Counted from the stretch's first letter, positions 17,341-26,462 are shown. The stretch: 64,000 nt of DNA from an uncultured bacterium (GCA_965368975.1 CBDUPA010000005.1:96001-160000); one strand, 5' to 3'. The notes: generated by a model not told the origin, from the letters alone. Program-made: numbers and translations.

Positions 17341-19788
17341 TCAGCGCTGCGTGTGGAAAATGCGACGGACGCGCAGGGAGATGCCGGTGAGCAGTTCGTT
17401 GGGGATGGTGCCGGCGAGTTCGGCTAGCTCTAGCAGGCACGGTTCGTCGTCGCCCGGACCGAACACGACGACGTCGTCGCCGGGTTTGACGCGATCGCCC
17501 AACTCTGTGACGTCGATCATCACGACATCCATGCACACGCGACCGACGACGTTGCAGCGTTGGTCGTGGACCAGCATCCAGCCCTTGTTCGACAGGGAGC
17601 GCAGGTAGCCATCGTTGTAGCCCAGGGCGACGACGGCGATGCGTCGTGGTTGCTCGCCGGTATTCCAGGCGCGGCCGTAGCCGACGTCGTGGCCTGGAGG
17701 CAGATCCTTGACGTGCACGATCTGCGTGACCAGCCGCAGCGCGGGTCTCTGCCCCATGGCGACGCGTTCCGGCACCCTGCTGTAGCCGGCGACCGCCAGG
17801 CCGGCACGCACCAGGTTGTAGTGGGCTTCCGGAAAGCGCGCGATGCCGGCGCTGTTGCAGGCATGCACCCAGCGCGGTCGACCGCCCAGATCCTCGACGA
17901 TCTTGCGGGCGGTGTCGAAGCAGTGGATCTGCTGGCGCGTGAAGTCGTCCTGGTCGGGCTCTTCGGCGACCGAGAAATGGGTCATCAGGCCCTCGAGCTG
18001 CAACCAGTCGTGTTGCACGATGGTCCGTGCCAGGTCGGCGACGTCTTCGAGGAAGGTGCCGGCGCGGCCAAGGCCGGTCTCGACCTTCAGGTGGACGCGC
18101 AGCACGTGCCGCTGTCGCCTCGCCTCGGCGGCCAGCCAAGTTGCCTGTTCGAGGCTACCGATGGCGGCGCTCAAGTCGTGGTGCACGAGCTTGTCGGCCT
18201 CCATCGGCACGGTGTTGAGCACCAGGATCGGCAGGCCGATGCCACGGTCGCGCAGCAGCGCGCCCTCGTCCGGGTAGGCGACGGCGAGGTGGGCGATGCC
18301 GGCCCGCTCGAGCACGCGCGACACGCGCACGGCGTCGAGGCCGTAGCCGAACGACTTGACCACCGCCATCACGCCGCAGTCCGGTCCCACGGCCTGCTGG
18401 ACGCGCTGCACGTTGCTGACCACCGCGTCGAGGTCGACGTAGACGCGGGCCGGCGACACCGATTCGAAGAAGATCGGGGCGATGCGTTCGAGCGCTTCCG
18501 GGCGACTGCCCTTGAGCAATACGCGATCACCGGGCCGGGTGTGTTCGTCGAGCACCATGGCGGCTTCGGTGACGTCTTCGACCTTGTGCACTCGCTGTGC
18601 ATCCATGCCGGCGTCGATCGCTGCCTGTGCGATCTCCGCGCCGCCCGCGCCGACGCCGATCAGTCGATCGACACCGTGCGCGACGACCATTCCACCGATG
18701 CGTTCGTGGGCGTCCGAGCCGGCCATGCCGAGCTGGGTCAGACCGGCCAAGACGGCGATGTTGTCGCCGTCGGCTCGTTCCTTGGCCAGGGCTTCCAGGG
18801 CCACCTCGACGCTGGTCGGATCGCCACTGTAGGCGTCGTTGATCAACATGACCCGGCGCGGCGTGATGCTCATCTCGAGACGCATCGGCGCAGGTCGCCA
18901 GCCGGTGAGTCCGGTGTGCATCAGCTCGGGCTTGGCACCCAGGCGCTTGGCCGCTTCGAGCGCCAGAGCAGCGGCTCGTCTCAGGTGCGGTTGCTGGAAC
19001 AGCTCGGATTCCGGCAGACCGTCTGTGGCTTCATCTGGATCGACGCCGTCGACGATATCGATGGCGTTGATACCCTGCTCCCGGAGCGCTGCGCGTGCCA
19101 GCTCTTCGGATTCGGGCACAAGAACCCAGTTCGGGGCGCTGACGCGCCGGAACAGTCCCGCCTTCTCTCGCGCGCACGCTTCCAGGTCTCCGAGTCCCTC
19201 CAGGTGCTCCGGGCCGACATGCACGAAGATGCCGCAGTCGGGGCGGACGATGCGCTCCAGCCGCTCCATCTCGCCCACCTCACTGATACCGCACTCGATC
19301 ACCGCGACGTCGGCCTGCGCCTCGAGCTTGACCAAGGACAGCGCGACACCGACTTGCGAGTTGTAGGACTGTGGACTGGGGAAGACGCGCCGGCTGTCGG
19401 CGAGTGCGGCGACCAGCATCTCCTTGACCGTCGTCTTGCCCATCGAGCCGGTGATTGCCACGACGGTGCCCTTGAACGCCTCGCGTGCCGCGATGGCCAG
19501 GGCATGCAGGGCTGCCAGTGGATCCTCGACGCGGATCCAAGCCTGGTCATCGGCCAGTGTCGGTGGCATGTGTGCCGGGCCGGCGATGACGATCGCAGCC
19601 CCGTCTCGCAGTGCACGGGCGGCGAACTTGCCGCCGTCGTGATTGGGTCCTACCAGTCCCAGGAAGACGTCCCCGTGGTTCACCTTGGCGCGCGAATCGG
19701 TCAACAGGCGCAGACCCGAGGCCTGCGGGTTGCCGAGAAGGTGTGCGTCGAGGATGTCGGCGAGTTGGTGCGCGGTGATCGGCCACAT
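17341..19788 (-). CDS. murF-alr: Bifunctional MurF / alanine racemase fusion
   Basis: N-half TDSR, ITGSMGKTT, INDAYS, LLKGSR (Mur ligase); C-half AVVKSFGYG (PLP Lys), HLKVETG, VGYG, GRVCMD (Alr). Confidence 0.92.
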   Translation of the reverse strand: MWPITAHQLADILDAHLLGNPQASGLRLLTDSRAKVNHGDVFLGLVGPNHDGGKFAARALRDGAAIVIAGPAHMPPTLADDQAWIRVEDPLAALHALAIAAREAFKGTVVAITGSMGKTTVKEMLVAALADSRRVFPSPQSYNSQVGVALSLVKLEAQADVAVIECGISEVGEMERLERIVRPDCGIFVHVGPEHLEGLGDLEACAREKAGLFRRVSAPNWVLVPESEELARAALREQGINAIDIVDGVDPDEATDGLPESELFQQPHLRRAAALALEAAKRLGAKPELMHTGLTGWRPAPMRLEMSITPRRVMLINDAYSGDPTSVEVALEALAKERADGDNIAVLAGLTQLGMAGSDAHERIGGMVVAHGVDRLIGVGAGGAEIAQAAIDAGMDAQRVHKVEDVTEAAMVLDEHTRPGDRVLLKGSRPEALERIAPIFFESVSPARVYVDLDAVVSNVQRVQQAVGPDCGVMAVVKSFGYGLDAVRVSRVLERAGIAHLAVAYPDEGALLRDRGIGLPILVLNTVPMEADKLVHHDLSAAIGSLEQATWLAAEARRQRHVLRVHLKVETGLGRAGTFLEDVADLARTIVQHDWLQLEGLMTHFSVAEEPDQDDFTRQQIHCFDTARKIVEDLGGRPRWVHACNSAGIARFPEAHYNLVRAGLAVAGYSRVPERVAMGQRPALRLVTQIVHVKDLPPGHDVGYGRAWNTGEQPRRIAVVALGYNDGYLRSLSNKGWMLVHDQRCNVVGRVCMDVVMIDVTELGDRVKPGDDVVVFGPGDDEPCLLELAELAGTIPNELLTGISLRVRRIFHTQR

Positions 19789-19867
19789 GCGGTAAGTCTA
19801 CGACGACAGTCCACGCCGACACCAACGTCTCGATCGACTCGGGCCGCCGATCTGGGCCAACTGGGAT

Positions 19868-20695
19868 CTAGGCGAGCTGGCCCGCGGTGCGGATACCGCG
19901 CAGTGTGAAGGCTCGCTTGACGCGCTCGGTGACGTCCGTGCCGAAGGCGGTTTCGTAGCGACCGTCGAAGACGTACGCCTTGAGTGTCAGGCGAACGGCG
20001 AAGCGCAGGCCGGCCTCGGGTACGGGGCCTTCGCGTACCACCACCGTGATCGGCTTGCCGAGAAACACGTAGCGACTGGCAGCCGCGGCCTCGTGGACGA
20101 TCTGCTTGGCGATCTCGAAGTCTTCGTCGCAACCGATGTAGAAGTCGAAGACGCACATCTGGTTCAGTTCGCCGGCATTGGCACAGGCCACCACGCCGGT
20201 GAGGAACTGGTTGTTGGGGATCGAGATCAGGTTGTCGTCCAGGGTCACGAGTCGCACGGTGCGCAGGCCGATCTCGAGCACCTCGCCATAGTGGCCGGCG
20301 AACTCGACCCGGTCCCCGACCTGGAAGGGGCGGTCAAACAGCAGGATGAGGCCGGCCATCAGCGATGCCAACAAGTCCTTGAAGGCGAAGCCGAGGGCGA
20401 GCGTCAGCGTGCCGCCGATGGCCAGCAGGGCCTCGTCGGACAGGCGCAGCACGCTGGTGGCGAGGACCACCGTGGCGAGTAGCAGGATCAGGAAGCGGCT
20501 GACCGCGGCGATCTGCTTCAAGCGCAGCCGGCGGGCCGTGAAGCGCTCCCCGAGCGCGTCGAGATAGCGGCTGATCAGGCCGCTGACGATCCAGGCGGCG
20601 GCGAGGACCAGCGGGACCAGCCACAAGCGATCGAGCACCAGGAAGCGCAGCACGTTGTCGGAGCCCGCGTCGGCGAGGCTGAGCATCTCGTCCAT
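19868..20695 (-). CDS. mscS: Small-conductance mechanosensitive channel (MscS family)
   Basis: 3 TM, ALGFAFKDLLASLMAGLILLFDRPFQVGDRV..GEVLEIGLRTVRL..IPN signature; starts 5 nt after the upstream stop. Confidence 0.9.
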   Translation of the reverse strand: MDEMLSLADAGSDNVLRFLVLDRLWLVPLVLAAAWIVSGLISRYLDALGERFTARRLRLKQIAAVSRFLILLLATVVLATSVLRLSDEALLAIGGTLTLALGFAFKDLLASLMAGLILLFDRPFQVGDRVEFAGHYGEVLEIGLRTVRLVTLDDNLISIPNNQFLTGVVACANAGELNQMCVFDFYIGCDEDFEIAKQIVHEAAAASRYVFLGKPITVVVREGPVPEAGLRFAVRLTLKAYVFDGRYETAFGTDVTERVKRAFTLRGIRTAGQLA

Positions 20696-20700
20696 CGTGG

Positions 20701-23406
20701 TCAGCCCACCGTTCCGGGTAAGCGCAGTTCCAAGAAATGCTTGGAGTGCAACAGGCGCAAGATCGCTGGCCGCCAGGCGAGGTCGATACTGTAGTGCACG
20801 CCAGCGTCGTCTCCGTCGAGCAAGCCGCGTCCTTCGAGATGCCGACACACCGATCGCAGGCGTGCCGGCGGCATGTTCAACACCTGGCTGAGCTGCTCGG
20901 CGCCGAGGCCGTCGTGCACCACCAACGCTGACAGCACGAACAACTCGTCGGCTCGCAAGTTCTCGGTGTCCTCACGCGTCGGCGCTTCGAACAGGCCAAC
21001 CGCCGCGTCGCGGATGGGTTCCTGGGCGCTCTCGTCCACCGGCGTTTCCGTGGAGCTGTCTTCTGCTCGAGCTTCCTCGCTGTCCGCGAGCGTCTGGCGG
21101 GGTGCGGGCAGGGCATGACCATCGTGCAGGCCATCCAGCCAGTAGTGCAGCGCGACGTGCGGGTTGCCCATGCTGGCGTCGGCGAGCAGCCGCCAGAAGG
21201 CATCCGTGGTGCGGTGGAGGGCACGCTCGGAGTCGGCACCGATCAGGGCCGGTGCGACGAGTGGCTCGAAGCGCAGCCGGCAGCCGGCAACGCGGCACCG
21301 TCCCTCCAGCCAGTCGCGCAGCTGCTCGGCACGAAACTCTTGCAGTGGCAGCACGTGGCTGAAGACGCCCAGATTGACCAGCTCGGGCACGCCTTCGAGG
21401 TAGCTCCAGGTGGGCAGGTGGAAGGTGGTGAGCCAGAAGTGCTCCTCAGCCGTCACCTGCAGCACTTCCAGCACCCGTCGCAAGGCATCGAAGCCTCCGA
21501 CTGAGCGCAGCAGCAGCTTGTGCAGGTCGTCGACCAGAAAGACGTGCGTCGGCATCGCCTCGAGCTTCTCGCGGAGTTCTTGCTGCAGGTGCTGGACCTT
21601 CGCGTCATCCGCGTCGTGGTGGTTGCCGTTCGCCAAGGTAACGCAGCTCTGGGCGTGGGTCGTTTCGCGGGTCGTTTCGTGTGGCGTCTCGTGTGGTGTT
21701 GTCGCCGGTACGTCTGTCAGGGTTGTCGACAGCCAGCGCAGAGCTTCGAGCGGTGAGTGCAGGTGATGCTCCAGCCGCAAGCGCTGCAACTTGGGTGCGG
21801 CAGCGCCCTCGCTACGCAACAGCCGCAGCAGGTGCACCTCCGCTTGATCGAGGAACGTCGATTTGCCCATGCCGGTGTCACCGAGCACTACGGCCAGTCC
21901 GCTGCGCTGCGACCGGCGCCAGGCGACGTAAGCGTCTTCGACGACCTGTCGCTCTTGCAGCCGTGGTAGACGTACCGTTTCCGCGGCCAGCAGATCCTGG
22001 CGCAGCTTCGGCGGTAGCGGAGCTCGGCGCGCCAGCGTGTCTCGCAGCTGACGCCTCGCCAGCAGCGTGCGGAGCCAGGTCGACCAGGCATGGTTGCCGA
22101 ATATCTCGCCGACCAGGCGCGCCAGTGCCAGCAAGATCAGCAGCAGCGCCGCACAGCTGGCACGCAGCAGGCGCATCGGCGGGCCACCGTCGGTGCGGAT
22201 CAGCCAGCGGGTGACAGGGTTGGCTTCCAGCTGCAGTGCCACCGCGCCGCGCAGCCACGGCGCCCAGGCGCCCAGGAAGAGCAGCAGGAGCAGCAGGGTG
22301 CCTGCCACAAACACCTGCTGCCAGTAGCCGTGCAACCGCTCCAGGCCCAGGCTGAGCAGCAAGCGCGACACCACCAGCGTGCCGAGACCCCACAGCAGCA
22401 GCACGCGCACCGTCCGCTCCACCAGCAGGCGGCGCGCTCGCCCCATCAAGATCAGGCCTGGGCGCTCGGCGTCGGCAGAGGTCACGACCAGTCTCGCCAG
22501 GTGCATGCCGAGTCGGAAGATGCTGCTCAACAGCCAGAGCAGCGCCAGCAAGTGCAACAGCGGCCAGGGCGCCAGCACCCAGCGGTAGCTGGCGAAGGCG
22601 ACCAGCACGTCGATCAGCGTCCGCACCACCGCTGCCGACGGCTTGGCCAGGTCGCGTAGGTCGACCGCGACGCCGAAGTGGTCGAAGCGGGTCAGCTTGC
22701 CGGACTCGTGCAGGCGCTGGCGTCGTGCCTGCATGACCTTGAACCAGCGCATGAGTCGCGGCTGGGCCCAGCGCCGCGCGTAGAACCAGCCGAGCGCCAG
22801 CAGCAGCAGTTCGAGCGAGCCCAGCAGCACGACGAAGAATTCGTCGAGACTGAGCGTCACCCAGCGCTGCGGCTGCTCCACGCTCAGGCGGGCGAGTTCG
22901 CGTCCCCAGGCCGCTACCAGGTGCCGTGCCTCGCCGATCTCCTGCTCGATCAGCGTCAATTCTTCGTTCCAGCCCACTGTTGCCTCGGCAGCCGGCGCTG
23001 CATTCGCAACCTGCCGGTGCGCCTGCTTGGCTTCGATCAGCAGAAGGATCCAGCGGTCGCGCTCGGTCACGACTTCGGCCGCCTGGCTATGCTTGCGGAT
23101 CTCCCGTACGGTGCTGGCGAGTGCGTCGCGTGCCGCGATCAGAGCGTCGCGACGAGGTTCGGTGGGAAAGAACGGTCGCTCCAATGCCTTCTCCGCCGCC
23201 TTGCGCTGGACTTCGAGTTGTGCCCGCAGGCGAGCTTGCGATGTCGGGCCGGTATCCAGCGTTGCTAGAGCGTCCGTGTCGAGCGCTGCTGTTTCCAGCG
23301 TCGGGAACTCCGGGGTGGAGGCGCTCGAAGATTGAGCCCTGGTGTCCGGAACCAGGGACAGCAGGCACAGAGCCGCCAGAGCGAGCGAGAGGAATGGGCG
23401 CGACAT
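20701..23406 (-). CDS. Multi-pass membrane protein with P-loop ATPase and C-terminal HTH-like region
   Basis: Signal peptide, helical region, several TM segments, Walker A GDTGMGKS, Walker B VFLVDD, terminal LSQVLNMPPARLRSVCRHLEGRGLL. Confidence 0.8.
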   Translation of the reverse strand: MSRPFLSLALAALCLLSLVPDTRAQSSSASTPEFPTLETAALDTDALATLDTGPTSQARLRAQLEVQRKAAEKALERPFFPTEPRRDALIAARDALASTVREIRKHSQAAEVVTERDRWILLLIEAKQAHRQVANAAPAAEATVGWNEELTLIEQEIGEARHLVAAWGRELARLSVEQPQRWVTLSLDEFFVVLLGSLELLLLALGWFYARRWAQPRLMRWFKVMQARRQRLHESGKLTRFDHFGVAVDLRDLAKPSAAVVRTLIDVLVAFASYRWVLAPWPLLHLLALLWLLSSIFRLGMHLARLVVTSADAERPGLILMGRARRLLVERTVRVLLLWGLGTLVVSRLLLSLGLERLHGYWQQVFVAGTLLLLLLFLGAWAPWLRGAVALQLEANPVTRWLIRTDGGPPMRLLRASCAALLLILLALARLVGEIFGNHAWSTWLRTLLARRQLRDTLARRAPLPPKLRQDLLAAETVRLPRLQERQVVEDAYVAWRRSQRSGLAVVLGDTGMGKSTFLDQAEVHLLRLLRSEGAAAPKLQRLRLEHHLHSPLEALRWLSTTLTDVPATTPHETPHETTRETTHAQSCVTLANGNHHDADDAKVQHLQQELREKLEAMPTHVFLVDDLHKLLLRSVGGFDALRRVLEVLQVTAEEHFWLTTFHLPTWSYLEGVPELVNLGVFSHVLPLQEFRAEQLRDWLEGRCRVAGCRLRFEPLVAPALIGADSERALHRTTDAFWRLLADASMGNPHVALHYWLDGLHDGHALPAPRQTLADSEEARAEDSSTETPVDESAQEPIRDAAVGLFEAPTREDTENLRADELFVLSALVVHDGLGAEQLSQVLNMPPARLRSVCRHLEGRGLLDGDDAGVHYSIDLAWRPAILRLLHSKHFLELRLPGTVG

Positions 23407-23436
23407 GTGGCCGCAGGATATCAAGATTCACTCTTT

Positions 23437-23516
23437 ATCCCCGCGGCCACTGATCCCCGCGGCCACTGATCCCCGCGGCCACTGATCCTCGCAGCCACTG
23501 ATCCCCGTGGTCACGG
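23437..23516. repeat. 16-bp tandem repeat, 5 units (ATCCCCGCGGCCACTG)
   Basis: Three perfect and two degenerate contiguous units with no spacers. Confidence 0.95.
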
Positions 23517-23552
23517 GCTCTGCCGGTGATCTCGACTGCCGTCGGCTACCAA

Positions 23553-23897
23553 CTAGTCGGACACGACCGGTTCTGCTTCACTTTGCCTGCCCGTGGCTGT
23601 GCGGAGCTGCTGCTCGAGCGACCACAGCGAGGAGAACCGGCCCGACCCCTCGTAGATCCGTACTTTGTGCCGCTGGCCGTTGACTGGTGGTAACTCCAAA
23701 ATCTCGATCGCCGCCGCCAGACCGGCGACGCCGGCACCCAGGATGTGGAATACCTGCGGCTCTTCCAGGGCTCGTCCGAGGTCCTTCAGCTTCTTGCGAC
23801 GTTCCGTGATCGGGGTCCAGTACTGCTGCCAATCATTCGATGCACTCCTTGGTGATCCTCCTTCACCGTGAAGAGTGCTGCGATGGTCCGGGATCTC
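23553..23897 (-). pseudogene. Start-less fragment of an FAD-dependent oxidoreductase
   Basis: Open frame encodes FHILGAGVAGLAAAIEILE..VRIYEGSGR (Rossmann GxGxxG..E) and stops soon after; no in-frame start before the motif; absent from the ORF track. Confidence 0.55.
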
Positions 23898-25913
23898 TCA
23901 GTTCGAGTGCAGCACGATCGAAATCGGAGCCTCCAGCGAGTCTAGAAGTTGGGCAGCCGGCCGGTAACCTAGAGCTTCGACGCGGAGTCCGTAGCCCCTG
24001 TAGGTGCCAGCCGGGATCGGCGCGCTGGCGGCACCCGCTGAGTTGGACTGTAATGTCCGCTCCGTAGTCAGGCTCTCGAGCCCGGCCCCTTCCAGCCGGA
24101 TCGACACTGTGGCCCGAGGAATCGGATTACCTGCGGTATCCAGGACCTGCACGTGGAGCCAGGCTGTTTCCTGCAAAGGCAACCGGATCCCGGTCACTTC
24201 TGCTTCCTCGGCGAGGACCACGCGTACCTCTGCACTGATGCGGGGCTTCGAGGGGTCGCCAGCGGCGGCACGGAGTGCCCAGGTGCCAGCGGGCAGATTG
24301 CGCAGTTGGAAAGTACCGTCGTCGGCACTACTGCCGGTACCCGCCCCTTCGTCGACCGGATTGCCATCGGTGGAGGTGTTTTCGCCCGCCAATGAGTGGT
24401 GTCCCGGCGCCTCCAGCCGTCGTGCTATCACCGTCGCGCCGGCTACGGGGCGGGAATCCGTGTCGAGGACCACACCGCGAAGGCTGCCGTCAGGCAAGTG
24501 GAGTTCCAGTTCCCGATCCGGTGAACTCAACTTGAGGGTCTCGTCGAGCAGCAAGGGAGTCACCTGTTCTGTCGTGCGGAACCAGGCTCGATAGTCACCG
24601 GTTTCGGGTACGCCGATCACGAAGGCACCCTCTCTATTCGAGTAGGTCGACGGTAGCCGTTCTCCGTTCAGAATTTCCGGGTCGATTGGTTGTAGTTGCA
24701 AGAAAGCGCGCACGGGTTCGCCGCCGCGCAGTACACGTCCGTGGAACATGTGGCCGGCGGAGGGTAGCCAGTAGATCTCAGCGCTGTCAGGAGCCACCGA
24801 AACAGCATCCCGGGCGACGGTGAACACGGTTCCCTGGGGATGGTGGCACTGGACCGAGAATCGCCATTGTCCCGGTGCCAGAGCCAGAGGACCGACGGTG
24901 TCGTCCTGCTGGAAGCGCGCTTCCACAAGAGTTCGATTCAGCCATCCGCAGCCCGGGTCCAGGTGACCGACGAGGCGGAACTCACAGTCGGCGAGGTGTG
25001 CATCGGCACTCTCAAGACCGATGGAAATCTTGGCGGCCTGCGGCAAGATGATGTCTTCGAGCCGCACTTCCGTCTCTGGAGTCAACTCGAACGGACCGTA
25101 GAACACCGGCGCCAACTCTGGAGCTGCTGATCTGGCCCGTAGGCGCAAGATACCGGGAGGTAAGCCCGCCAGGCGTACCCATCCGTTAGCGTCGGTACGG
25201 CCCGGCCAGCCGACCTCGCGTTGGTCGGCACCGTAGGTTTGTTCCGCGACTTGGCGGAAGTCTTCTGCCGGAAAGACCTCCAGGATCGCCCCTGATATCG
25301 GCGCTCCGTCATCCCCAACTACCCGCGCCACCAGCGCTGCCCCTGTTTGCAGGTCGATCTTACCTAGGTTGAGCACGGTCTCTGAGGTGAGTTGCTGTTG
25401 CGGCCAGGTGACCGGTGTCGCGGGGCCGATCCTCAGTGTGACGTCCCAGCAGCCCAGCGGAACGGTAGCTGTCAGGCGCCGTCCGTTGATCAAAGCCGGT
25501 ACGACACCGAAACGAAATGTCTCACCGCAGCGGACGAGGTGAACCTTACCGGTAGCTAGTCCGATCGCTTCCGTCAGGCTGCCAGTGACTTCGGTAGCCG
25601 GTTCTAGCACGATCGGGAGAGGTCCCGCCGCTGGGCATCCCGGAATCGCCATAGGTCGACTGATGGCGCTGTCCGTCCGCAGGACGATCACCGAGTTCTG
25701 CAGGCAGCCTCGAGGTGATCCAATGAGCCCCGGAGTCTGTGTGTCTCGGAGCTGCAGTTTCTGCTGTGTAGCTTCTGTGATTTGCCAAGCCTCTACCTGC
25801 TCAGCTGTCAATGACTGCTGGAGTCTAAGCAGCAGATCTGGCGCATCCGATGGCTGTGCGGCCACAGGCAGTTGCAAGCTGCAGAGCAGAAAGAATGCCA
25901 GCCAGAAGCCCAT
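23898..25913 (-). CDS. Secreted protein with carboxypeptidase-regulatory-like (Ig/transthyretin-like) repeats
   Basis: Signal peptide; repeated G.V.D..G.P..GA.V...TD..G.F.L..LP.G motifs; lower GC. Confidence 0.8.
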   Translation of the reverse strand: MGFWLAFFLLCSLQLPVAAQPSDAPDLLLRLQQSLTAEQVEAWQITEATQQKLQLRDTQTPGLIGSPRGCLQNSVIVLRTDSAISRPMAIPGCPAAGPLPIVLEPATEVTGSLTEAIGLATGKVHLVRCGETFRFGVVPALINGRRLTATVPLGCWDVTLRIGPATPVTWPQQQLTSETVLNLGKIDLQTGAALVARVVGDDGAPISGAILEVFPAEDFRQVAEQTYGADQREVGWPGRTDANGWVRLAGLPPGILRLRARSAAPELAPVFYGPFELTPETEVRLEDIILPQAAKISIGLESADAHLADCEFRLVGHLDPGCGWLNRTLVEARFQQDDTVGPLALAPGQWRFSVQCHHPQGTVFTVARDAVSVAPDSAEIYWLPSAGHMFHGRVLRGGEPVRAFLQLQPIDPEILNGERLPSTYSNREGAFVIGVPETGDYRAWFRTTEQVTPLLLDETLKLSSPDRELELHLPDGSLRGVVLDTDSRPVAGATVIARRLEAPGHHSLAGENTSTDGNPVDEGAGTGSSADDGTFQLRNLPAGTWALRAAAGDPSKPRISAEVRVVLAEEAEVTGIRLPLQETAWLHVQVLDTAGNPIPRATVSIRLEGAGLESLTTERTLQSNSAGAASAPIPAGTYRGYGLRVEALGYRPAAQLLDSLEAPISIVLHSN

Positions 25914-25915
25914 TG

Positions 25916-26368
25916 CTACGAATCCACCCTCTTGGTCGCTGTTCGCCTTGGCTCGTCGGAAGTTTCAGGTTCCGTGGGATCCGAAGCGACCAGTGAGTCC
26001 GGGACCGTACTCACGGGTTGAATCAGCGCTTTTGCACAACCACCACCGAAGTCACAGTAGGCGTTTCCATCCTGCCACTTTACCGAGCAATCGCTGCCTT
26101 CGCCTCTGCAAGAGCCACCATTCACAATGGTTAGGAAGAAACATGATGTCTTGCCGGAGCAACTGGCTAGCCTACCTTTTTGGTAGCAAGTCATGCAGGA
26201 GGTAGTGCTGCCGCTTCCGCCCGTTGTCGGATCCGAACTACAGAAAGGGTCGTCGATTCCAAGGCAGGTATCTACGCCTGGATCGTCTTGGTATTGTGCT
26301 TCTGCCACACTGGGCAGTACAAGGAGAGCTAGGGCTGTAAGGATGAGCTGAAGAGTGCGTCGTTGCAT
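25916..26368 (-). CDS. Small secreted Cys-rich protein (10 Cys)
   Basis: Signal peptide ending AEA; 10 cysteines in about 80 aa; GGGAG upstream; stop lies 2 nt before the partner gene start. Confidence 0.75.
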   Translation of the reverse strand: MQRRTLQLILTALALLVLPSVAEAQYQDDPGVDTCLGIDDPFCSSDPTTGGSGSTTSCMTCYQKGRLASCSGKTSCFFLTIVNGGSCRGEGSDCSVKWQDGNAYCDFGGGCAKALIQPVSTVPDSLVASDPTEPETSDEPRRTATKRVDS

Positions 26369-26462
26369 AATTGCGGATTCTCCCTGATAGAGCATGGCGG
26401 ATAAGTTGAATTAGGGTAGTCCTCGCAATATCAGTAAGTCAAGCGTGGATATCGTCTCCTCT

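Noticed and set aside
17339-18139. 551-aa extended PrmC
   Set aside because: The extension is an Arg/Pro-rich alternate frame overlapping alr; the real start is 17338.
17560-19908. 782-aa plus-strand ORF and similar long antisense ORFs (e.g. 1976-3205, 41895-43628, 39806-41278)
   Set aside because: Antisense shadows of real genes, expected in high-GC DNA; no motifs or RBS.
23434-23516. CRISPR array (TTTATCCCCGC resembles part of a type I-E repeat)
   Set aside because: Units are 16 bp and contiguous with no spacers, and no cas genes are present; it is a simple tandem repeat.
23578-23832. 84-aa ORF from the track
   Set aside because: No motif; the overlapping frame carrying the GxGxxG motif explains the region better.
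25916-26368. RiPP (ranthipeptide or lanthipeptide) precursor
   Set aside because: It has a Sec-type signal peptide and no radical SAM, LanM, YcaO or peptidase-transporter gene nearby; disulfide bonding is more plausible.
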